Part shown: positions 9,483 through 18,689 of the stretch, one piece after another
How the letters are laid out: each line of letters begins with the position of its first letter
How positions within the stretch are numbered: position 1 is the first letter of the stretch
Translations under genes and position numbers: made by a program
DNA from: Schmidtea nova
Lineage: Eukaryota
Assembly: GCA_044892505.1 (NCBI GenBank)
Contig: CM097883.1
Coordinates: 446,214,001-446,278,000 of the forward strand
Direction: 5' to 3'
Length of the DNA: 64,000 nucleotides
Notes under the pieces: generated by a model
Database searches by the model: none
What the model saw: only the letters and a program-made list of their open reading frames with translations
Told to the model about the DNA's origin: nothing

Positions 9483-12178
9483 TTGTTTGCTTTATCCCCA
9501 AATCGTGCGTGATAGATGCACTTATCAATGATTTTGAGGGTAGCTGCTTTGTTTCGCCAGCCACATCCTATGTTGCAACAATTTGCTTTCGTCCCGTATT
9601 TGGTATGATAAAAGCAAATGTTTGAATAAGCCGGGGATTTGGAACGTCGTCGGTCAAACGCATTGGAAGGTGGTGGATTTCGAGACGGAGATTTATAACG
9701 TTCCAAATGCGAAATACGATCAGTAAGGTCGCGAATGGCGCAAAGAAGAGCATTTTCTGTTGATGATGGGAGCGGCGGGCTTGCGATAGGAAGGCTATTG
9801 ACAGATGAGCCTGGTGTACCACCTAACGGAACAATTTCATGAATTTTGTCCGCCATTTTTGCTAATTCGTGTATATCTACCGGAGACGATAAAGCAAGTA
9901 TCTGTTGTGTGTGTGTCGGAAGTACACTTAAAAAGAACTGGCGTAGCATGTTTTGGTCGGGTGCTGTCCCATTTTGCATTTGTTCGAGGTCTGTAAAAGC
10001 CTTCTGCAAAAATTCTGTCGGCTTACAACTTCCTAAAGATTGGGCCTTGAAATATTTTGAGAATATTTCCTGTTTGGGGACTTTAAATAAATCCAGCAGT
10101 CCTGTGCTGAGTTCCTCAAAAGGAGTTAGAAAGGTTTTTTGCGTTGTGCGGCGAATAACGGCAGAAAGGCGGCCTAAATGTTCCTGTGGAATGAGAGATA
10201 ATATTCTATAGAATTTATCTCTTGAAGAAGTAACGCCGCAACTTTCTAAAAGGGCTTCGAGTGTGAGTAACCAAGTTGATGGTGATTGGTTCTCATCTAA
10301 AAAGAACGGACAATTAATATTTTGTCTAGAGTTACTGTCGGAAGAAGCAGCGCCTCGAACATTTCTTTGCTTTTTAGGCAAAGGTTTGGGCTTTTTATCG
10401 TCGTATTCGTTGTCATCATCTATACTTGATGGTGCGCCGCCATACAATGGTACATGACAGAACAACAAGGAATCCGAACATATGTCAGAACTTAAAAGTG
10501 AGTCCTGATTCCTTAATATTGCGCCATTATAAGATATGTATGTTGGTCCCTCGTACGACAAGCGCTTGCAAATTAATGTAGATAGTTTTGATATAGTCGT
10601 CTCCTGGGCTAGTTTGAAATTGAACGTGAAGGAGGAAACCCTTACGAATATTGACAAAGACCTATAGGATATGCGACGTAGCTTAAAATTCGGAAGATTG
10701 GGCGGCTCCGTTAATTTTAATAATAATGATTTTAATAATAATGATATAAATAATAATAATATATAATAATAGAAATTTAATATAATGATAAAATATGCTA
10801 ACGTAACTCCGCAGCGATAATGGGGGCTGATCTTCTGTTCCGAAAAGGGAAGAAAATCTGTTAATATTGGAGTTCCTGTGACTTTTGAATTTGATGGAGC
10901 TTTTAATAGCGAATCATTGATATCGTTGTTGGTGTTTAAGTTCATATTCGATGGAGCTGGTGAAAAATTTACGATAGATTTGATGTTATTGCAATTTTTC
11001 ATGTTGATTTGTGTTGCTTCCGATGTTTGACCAATTGAATTGTATCCCTGTGGCTTAGCACCTAGCGGTATGCAAAGAAACTGCTTTTGAAAGTCATTAT
11101 TCAATTGTTGAGCGACTTTGGGATCCGTTTGAATAAGAGAAAAATTGGGATTTACTGGCATTGAATTTACTGGTTTTGGATTCTGCTGAGAAATCGATCG
11201 ATTTATCGCTTCTAATATTCGAACGTCGACGTTAATCATTGAAAGAACTGTAGAATTTTGATTCTGTGGAGCGACTGGAGATGAACTTATTGTTATTGCT
11301 GACAGACTACTATTCGTTGAATTGTTGACGATTAAAGACTGATTAGGGGCTGTAGAGTTGCTAGAATCTGATATATGATTGTTAGCTTGCTTGGATTTAT
11401 CACTTTGTAAGATTAAATTCTGTTGTAATAAATGTGAAGCCTGTCGAATGTTAGTAGCTGAGTCTTGTGAACTGGTTGGAATCCTTATCAATTGCGCACA
11501 GTCTAATGGAATTTGAGAGTTTTGATTTACTTGAAATGGGGTTGGAATTGACGGTTGATTTTGTCGATTGCTTAAATGCATCGGAGGTGGTGGTGGTTGC
11601 ATTGCAGCTGCAATTCGCTTAACGACTTCAATTTGACTAAGCGTACTTGCATTATTAGAATTAGATGAGTTTAATTGAAATGAATTATTCATTGTTGCTG
11701 GATGTTGTGAGACTTGGGGACGAAATGTTTGATTTCCATCTTGAATTGGAGATTGGTTTTCCTCTGACACCATTTTTAGTGGACCTGTTTCAATATTAGC
11801 TGTTGATACTTTACCAAGTACGGTAAAACCAGCGAAATGAAAATTATAGTCATCTGGACGAGAATCTTGGCTATTAATGTTTATAACGTAGCCATCAGTT
11901 GGTTCAATATTCCAACCGTCAGGACTCATAATTTTGGTAACATAGAAACCGAAATCATATATAGGAATAGAATGCGCTCCATTTGGAGGGACATCAGTCA
12001 CATAATTTAGAGTTCCGTCCGAAAACATTAATTGTGCTGATAATTTATGATAAGCAAATCCAATGATATCTGTTTTAACGAAACCACCACATCCAACAAT
12101 ATTACTGTGACACATTTGCAAAATATGAAGTGTTAAAATTTGTAGGACAATTAAAATTTTAACAATAGAATAACGCAT
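9413..12178 (-). CDS. Chimeric ORF1: signal peptide-NOMO N-domain / low-complexity stalk / TM helix / ubiquitin-like domain / Gag with two CHCC motifs
   Basis: 921-aa uninterrupted ORF. Residues 1-135 NOMO-like, 136-456 N/S/Q-rich, ~458-482 hydrophobic, 508-581 Ubl ending LYGG, then Gag (PFF...PSTWL..LEA...KF) with two C-X2-H-X9-C-X3-C motifs. Confidence 0.9.
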   Translation of the reverse strand: MRYSIVKILIVLQILTLHILQMCHSNIVGCGGFVKTDIIGFAYHKLSAQLMFSDGTLNYVTDVPPNGAHSIPIYDFGFYVTKIMSPDGWNIEPTDGYVININSQDSRPDDYNFHFAGFTVLGKVSTANIETGPLKMVSEENQSPIQDGNQTFRPQVSQHPATMNNSFQLNSSNSNNASTLSQIEVVKRIAAAMQPPPPPMHLSNRQNQPSIPTPFQVNQNSQIPLDCAQLIRIPTSSQDSATNIRQASHLLQQNLILQSDKSKQANNHISDSSNSTAPNQSLIVNNSTNSSLSAITISSSPVAPQNQNSTVLSMINVDVRILEAINRSISQQNPKPVNSMPVNPNFSLIQTDPKVAQQLNNDFQKQFLCIPLGAKPQGYNSIGQTSEATQINMKNCNNIKSIVNFSPAPSNMNLNTNNDINDSLLKAPSNSKVTGTPILTDFLPFSEQKISPHYRCGVTLAYFIIILNFYYYILLLFISLLLKSLLLKLTEPPNLPNFKLRRISYRSLSIFVRVSSFTFNFKLAQETTISKLSTLICKRLSYEGPTYISYNGAILRNQDSLLSSDICSDSLLFCHVPLYGGAPSSIDDDNEYDDKKPKPLPKKQRNVRGAASSDSNSRQNINCPFFLDENQSPSTWLLTLEALLESCGVTSSRDKFYRILSLIPQEHLGRLSAVIRRTTQKTFLTPFEELSTGLLDLFKVPKQEIFSKYFKAQSLGSCKPTEFLQKAFTDLEQMQNGTAPDQNMLRQFFLSVLPTHTQQILALSSPVDIHELAKMADKIHEIVPLGGTPGSSVNSLPIASPPLPSSTENALLCAIRDLTDRISHLERYKSPSRNPPPSNAFDRRRSKSPAYSNICFYHTKYGTKANCCNIGCGWRNKAATLKIIDKCIYHARFGDKANKCIVGCKSYNSPPSSPNNIQKNL
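11763..11772 (-). promoter_or_regulatory. Primer binding site, tRNA-Leu-like
   Basis: TGGTGTCAGA 2 nt downstream of the LTR; matches the complement of the tRNA-Leu 3' end (...UCUGACACCA). Overlaps an in-frame ATG (11773-11771, MVSEE). Confidence 0.8.
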
Positions 12179-12730
12179 TTTAAATTATCAAAAACTAGTA
12201 GTCCACTTTTTAAAAAATATTTATTTTAAACAATATTCACAAGTTTCTTACAATTTTTAAACTTTAGCAGCCAAATATAAATTCCACGAGAAATATTAAA
12301 ACAAACCTCAAACAATACCAAACCCTCAGTCAAAATAAAAAAATCAATGTTATTCAATGCAAAATAAATGCAAATGTAAAAAATTAAAATATATCATTTT
12401 TACCAATCATTTTGCAAGTCCAACCACAATGACCGATGTTTTATCACCTGAAAAATATGAAATTTTGAAAGAAATTAATTCAATTTCTAAATGTAATGAT
12501 ATCAACAATTTCCAAATAATGCAAATTGTTCGAAATTTAAACTCAACATATTCTCACGTTAGAATGAAATGTTTAAAAGTAATGGGCCAATTTATGGATC
12601 CCTTGAGTCATTTTCCATGTGGTTCATCTAATACTTTTGATATTGTTCAGTGGTTTACGCAGGATCAATTTCATGGTTTGTGAAATATCATTTGAGAGAA
12701 TTTTGGGTATCGGCTTTCTAGACCACTACA
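11775..12730 (-). repeat. 5' LTR (956 bp)
   Basis: On the minus strand it begins TGTAGTGGTC and ends GTCCACTAAA, then AA and the PBS. Confidence 0.95.
12357..12683 (+). pseudogene. Antisense ORF in the 5' LTR, possible tepsin-like ENTH/VHS fragment, head-to-head with NOMO
   Basis: Identical translation to 5485-5811; alternative ATG at 12429. Confidence 0.4.
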
Positions 12731-14599
12731 AATATATTTGTATATTTCAGAAAAATGAAATTGAAAAAATTAATTTAAAAAAAAAATGAAATAAAATATC
12801 ATTATTCTACAAACATTTAAATCAAAAATAAAAATCTTGATATAAATATAAAATTTTCGCCTCATTAAATTTTCTGAAAAAGAAAAAACTGCAAGAAAAT
12901 AAATATTTTAAAATGGACGATATTTTTATGGCAATATAAATCAAATTGTAAATCATAAATATCATCAAATTTGACCGACTTAAACAACATAACTATTTAT
13001 CAATAAATAATTTTACAAAAAAAGAAATATCCACTTTTTCAATCAAAAAATTTAATATAAAAATTTTAATTCTTGTAATTTCAATTATAATTTCCTCGTT
13101 TCTGGCTTGATTTGAGAGAATATAAATATTTCAAGTTAAACTATAACTGGGAGATCATTTTCAATTAATTGCCAATTTAATAACCTTTTATTAATTTACT
13201 CTATTTATACTGAACTTCTAGCAACCACGTCAAAATAACCATAAATTTGTTATAAAATTCTAGCAGTTGTTTCAGACAAATGAGCTGTAATGCTAGTCTA
13301 AAGTAATTAATATTTAGTGGCATATTTTTTAGTGACCGGCCTGATTATTTAAAAAAACTATAAATATTATTATTGATCTCGTGATATTATGGTGTACGTT
13401 AATAATAGCAATCACAAAACAGTATTTATTATTACTAGTGATATTCCGTCAAAAATGATGAACGTTTTCAAATTTTATATAAACCAAAAATATAATTCAA
13501 AAGTTCTTTATAATCTTGGGCCAGCCAAGTAGGGTTCGAATCCATAAATCAAATTAATTAAACAATAAATTAATTAAATGAATAAATCACAAATTACTAA
13601 ATCGACAAATTACCAACATTATTAGGAAAATCTAAAATGAAAATAAGATTAAAACAATAACTGATTAACAAAGAGAAAAGTATTTACCAGAATGACAACT
13701 GTGACAAAGCCTCAGGGAACGCAGCTGAAATAACTAAATCAATAAAATTTAATATTAAAATATAATCCACCCATAATTCTAAGAAAAAAACAACAGAAAC
13801 ACTTATCTAAAAACAAATAAATGGGATTAAAATAAATAAACCTAACAACCCGTTATTTATTAAACCAAATTACTGCACCACGAGAGAATCTAGAAGGAGA
13901 ATTAAAAAACAATAAAAAACAATAAATTACGTAAGTAATCCGAACCTAGAAAAATGAAACTAAAATTAATTTAAGAGACGGATTAAAAATAAATACCTGC
14001 CAATTATGGCAGCAGCAGCCGAATTTTTATTGGTTGAGAGCCGACACAAAATAGTATATATGCGGCAGTTAAATTCAGTTTTGTTAATGTCATTTTACCT
14101 TGAGACAATTTGGTATTTTGAGTTTACATTGGATAATTGTAATCTTGGAAATAATAAAGGTATTATTTGATATTATGTGTTGTTAATTATTTTTTTTGGT
14201 TAAACCCTCATGTTTTATTTTGACTAAAATCGATAAGGGCACGTGCCGACGGGCGATAACTGGTCTCCCGACCCAAAACTCTTCGCAGTGTTAGGTGGTG
14301 CGGCGTACGAGCGCTAAATACTGGGGACTGGTTGCACATAGGGGGCAAATGATCACGAACATTTAATTTCATATGCACATTAGTATAAAATGGAGGACTA
14401 CAACGATTGATTTATTAATTCACATGCATAGTACGACAAAAAGATTAGTCCAAGACATTCAGACAGTTATTTTCAGAAAATTTGCAATACACCTACATGC
14501 ATAGAAAAGTTGACGATGACGAATAGAAAAAACCCGAGTTGTTAGACGGACACTAACCACCCGAGAATAGTAGAATTACAAATGAATGAGACCAACGAT

Positions 14600-15384
14600 A
14601 GGGTAAAGGATTTCGAATTCTGAGTAGATACATGCTCCGAACCACCCACATGTGAAAGCGGGAGAGGAATAAGACCAGCTTTAGCCGACATAATTTTTCA
14701 TGAGTTAGAAAATGGGGATCTGTAATTAGATGTCAGGGTGAACTTTATCATGGATAATTTCTCAATCACGAGTAACTAGAATTTTTGACCATCTATTATC
14801 AGGGAAAGGTTGGATGCATGATCAGGAAAATGATTGTTTGGATGTTTGATGAGGAAATGATGAAGTAATGTCGAGGAATTGCTGTGCTTATAATTTTATA
14901 CTTCAGAGGTTTTCGATCGATGATTGAGATGGAGTTGACGGTTTACAGGAGGAAATGATTTATCCCAGAAACCACCGCATAGCTCGAGAGAATATGAATT
15001 GTAATTATTAATTCCAAAATTGAACCGGTAACAGCAGGGGAGATTAACGATTTTTGGTCAACTCAAGATCCGATTTTCATGGGAGAAACTATTGAATGGC
15101 AGTGTAGACTAATGATTTGGGGAAATTAGGAAACTAAGTAACAGATGGCAGACAGCTGAAAATAATTCATAGACAGGGGAATGGTTTTTGGTTTGATTAA
15201 AAATAAAGATTGCGTGAATTCTCAAATTTAGGGTATAAGCGTGCGGAATGATGATTGAGGGGAGTATGATGCTATCGTTCCGGAGTATGGATGAGAAAAA
15301 ATGAAGTAAATCTAACTCGCGTGGTAACCCTGACATAAAACTATTATTTTTCCAGTCAATTTTGTTTGTTTCGTTATAGACCAC
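14600..15384 (-). pseudogene. Possible decayed GIY-YIG/Penelope-like endonuclease region (duplicated at ~24260-25041)
   Basis: Broken frames give RQLHL..., SSTLLHHFLIKHP...LLVIEKLSMIK, reminiscent of GIY-YIG C-terminal motifs. Heavily degraded. Confidence 0.25.
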
Positions 15385-15599
15385 ATGAAGATTAAATCAA
15401 GTATGGAAAATAAAAGTTCCCCGAAAACGAGAGACGTCTATTATCGAAATGGGAAAATTAATAAAATTAATAAAAATTAATACATTAGAAGTCGACTACA
15501 TTTTAATGTATGTGTTTACCATAGCAATAAGTTTCTCTGGGACTATATATTTGTGTGTGTGTGTGTGTTTACCCTGGCATCATCTTTCCGGAGACTATA

Positions 15600-16645
15600 C
15601 ACCAACAGTCTGCAATTAAGGGCCATAAAGACACTTAATACAGACAGTTGGTATTTATTATCTTCTTATTTAATTTTTAATTTAATTTTTTAGCTATGTA
15701 TTTAAGCTATTTTAACATATTTTAAATTTATTAATATTTTAAGTTAAATACCAATTTATTTTATCTAGATATTTTTAGATATTTATGAAATACAGAAAAA
15801 AGTAAGTCTTTATAATTTTATCAGCTTACCTTTTAAACATTTGGATATTGTTTTTGTGTATACATTGTAGCTAATTGTATCCAACAAGTTTTTCATTTTT
15901 TCCAAAGTAGTCCAATAATTTTGGTCCACAATCAATTCATTGTATTCCATTTTCTTCAATTATTAGGCTAACATTTTATTTGCCTCTTTTCCCTGCTGTA
16001 AGAATGCCAGTTTTTTCTACCTCGACACTATGTCTTTAATAAACTTAGGTTCAAAACCTATTTACGTGCCGAATTCTTCATAATTTTCACGCCGTTTCAT
16101 TACTTCTTTTAATAATTTTTTGTCATGTTCAGATTATCTATAAAATTTTAAGTTAAAAATTAAAAATTGTTTTACGTTTTTCGATGTTTTCTTTCTACAG
16201 TTTCGGCCGTTTTAGGCATTATAGCTTCATTTTCTGCATTTCTAAAAATATTTTTTTAAAATTTTTTAAAATAATTGTAAGTTTACATTTCTTCTTGATC
16301 CTCTCCAATAAATAGTACAGTTGATTCCAAAAACGTTTCTGAAATATCATCATAAATTATGATTTTTTAAAATTTGAAAATCCCTTAATTAAAGACTGTC
16401 CCTTAAATTATGTCCATGTGTTTGTATCTTTCATTATAGGTTTTTTGTGTATTGTGTAAGTGTGTTTTTTTGACCTCATTAATTTTTCTTATTTTCTATA
16501 GTGTAGGCCCGTAATTTATGACCGTGCTTTTTTACTTTGTCCTAATCTGCAGTACGTATGTATATTTTTTCTATATATAAAATAATTTGTTATTATAGAA
16601 ACTTTAAATTTTGCCTGTCTGGCCCTTAATTTATGCGCTTTGGTG
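15600..16645 (-). mobile_element. Tc1/mariner-pogo-type DNA transposon relic
   Basis: Imperfect 25-bp TIRs (CACCAAcagtctgcAATTAAGGGCC and GGCCCTTAATTtatgcgctTTGGTG) flanked by TA. The uninterrupted host sequence is visible at ~30270-30300 on the opposite strand. Confidence 0.75.
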
Positions 16646-17585
16646 TATATTAATGTGTGTGTTTACCTTAGCAACCGTTGCTACGTGGGAAAAGTGGGGC
16701 TAAGTTATCAACTCATTTAAACTTTTTTACTGATCACTTAAATCCATGCCATTAAAAATCTAGATTATTTTGTCTTCATTATAAAATCTAACCTGGTAGA
16801 CTTATTATACTGAGTACCAAATTTGAGTATTTGGATAGGATATGTTCTAGATCCGACTAGGAACCCAGAATAAATTATAATTAAGTAATTTAAGACGCTA
16901 AAGTTCATTTTTAAAAATGAAATAAACTTCCTTGGTCCCGCATGAGAAGAAATTAAGTTAGACCCCTGGTAAAACGACAAAAACTAATTTAATTTATAAA
17001 ATAGAATTCAATGGACTGCTTGTGTAGGTAGGTTAGACATTTATTGAATTCTACAAGTGTTATTTATAGCTATGTGCATTCATATTATTTACCAAGGGGA
17101 ATACCTCCGAATAATTCCAAAGAACGACACACTCGGTCCAGATTAATGCATTATGCAATATCCGGTTAAGTTCGGTTAAAAGTAGAAATAGTAAGAAGCA
17201 TTTATATAAGGACTTCATCGTTGAAGGGTAACGTAAAGAAAATATTTTTGCAAGGGACAACTGGTAAATAAATACTGTATAACGCTGATTTAGTTGGTAA
17301 GAGAGAAATAAAGAGAATCGGATGGGTGTCATTCATTAGCTTCAACAATTTAATTTTTATCGCTACTTTGGAATAATAAAAACTACCGGAATATTTTATT
17401 CGTTTGTTCACTTTGAACGAAGCAATGTGGGATCCGAACGATTGAAAATTGTCCAAAAAACAGAAAATAAAATGAAAAGTGACCTAAATAAATTAAGAAT
17501 TAATTGAATAATTAAATTTGAAAGTTAGTTGAGTAATCTTTATCTTTCATTTTTATCGTTTCATTTTACCGAAATTTGTTTGTTC
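16646..17585. repeat. Dispersed repeat with an inverted copy at ~27440-27895 plus ~29780-30300
   Basis: ORF 17202-17456(-) equals 27571-27825(+); 16650-17130 is the reverse complement of ~29780-30290. Confidence 0.85.
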
Positions 17586-18027
17586 AAACCGAATAAAGCG
17601 ACTCTTAAATTCAGAATTGTGCGATCGCATAAATTCTGTGTAATTTATTCAAAGAAATTTTCTGGACATTCTAATGGAATATTTGCCAAAGGGAAACTAT
17701 TTTAATACAAACTTTATGAATGAGATTGGAAAACAAATTGTTCAGGATTCCATACGTAGCACAATTCTATAAATGCGGATTTAGATGTTTGCTTACTCGT
17801 ATTTCATTTTCTATTGGAAATGCCAATATTTTCTTGACAATCAATATTCGTAGACAAGTTTCAAAAATTTAATAATTAATGGAATTTTGTAATTTTAAAT
17901 TAAATATCTTTTAATTTTCGGAAATAATTTTTTGCAGTAATTCTTTTGAATTTCTGGGTAAAATGATTGATCGAATATTTTTTATATTGTTGGATTGTTG
18001 GGTTGTTGGTGAAATGTAAAATTTACC

Positions 18028-18689
18028 TGTAGCGATGTTGAAGGACTACAATAATAATGTGAAAAATATATTTATATAAATACAGTTTCTCCTTCATTCT
18101 TCATTTTAAAAACTTGCTTCTCCCTTTATTCTAATTATTAAAACAAAATTGAAATCTCAATTTTGTTAATATTTCGAATTAAAATTGCAATAAAATCGGA
18201 AGCACTACAATAGCCCCTGTCGAAGTACGCGGAGCGCATGGGGTACTATTGGTGCTGTAAATTCTGCTGGTGACGTATGTGGTTTGAGGATCGGTCGAGC
18301 CTGAGTGACTAGCGGAAGATGTCGATATAATTGTCGGAGATGTTTGTGTGGAATGTGAAATGACTGTATTGACTTTAACAGGAGTTGTTCTGCTGCTGTA
18401 CTGCTAACTCAGAAGATGTCTCCAGTACGAATCGACGATGTGGTTAGTTTTTTTGGAATATTGTTGCTGTTGTATTTGCAGCCTTATCAGCCAGGCACAT
18501 TTCTGACACCAATTGTAGCGATGTTGAAAAACTACAATAATAATGTGAAAAATATATTTATATAAATAAAGTTTCTCCTTCATTCTTAATTTTAAAACTT
18601 GCTTCTCCCTTTATTCTAATTATTAAAACAAAATTGAAATCTCAATTTTGTTAATATTTCGAATTAAAATTGCAATAAAATCGGAAACA
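18028..18689 (-). mobile_element. TRIM-like mini LTR element, duplicate copy
   Basis: Same sequence as 524-1185, inside the segmental duplication. Confidence 0.7.

Larger units (their letters stand above)
4903..12730 (-). mobile_element. Full-length Ty3/gypsy LTR retrotransposon (CsRn1-like Gag) with host-derived LTRs
   Basis: Two 956-bp LTRs, TSD AATAT at 4898-4902 and 12731-12735 (a 4-bp AATA reading is also possible), PBS, PPT, open gag and pol ORFs, and an empty site at 22395. Confidence 0.97.
1..15465 (+). repeat. Copy A of a near-identical tandem segmental duplication (carries the LTR element)
   Basis: 1-4902 matches 17505-22399 (ORF offsets of 17504, one 7-bp indel near 4583). 12731-15465 matches 22395-25122 with scattered SNPs and small indels. 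The match stops after GGGAAAATTAATAAA at 15465. Confidence 0.95.

Noticed and set aside
7234-10457. Several plus-strand ORFs antisense to gag/pol (7234, 7456, 7832, 8941, 9262, 9365, 9846, 10263)
   Set aside because: Short shadow frames of a coding region with no recognisable motifs.
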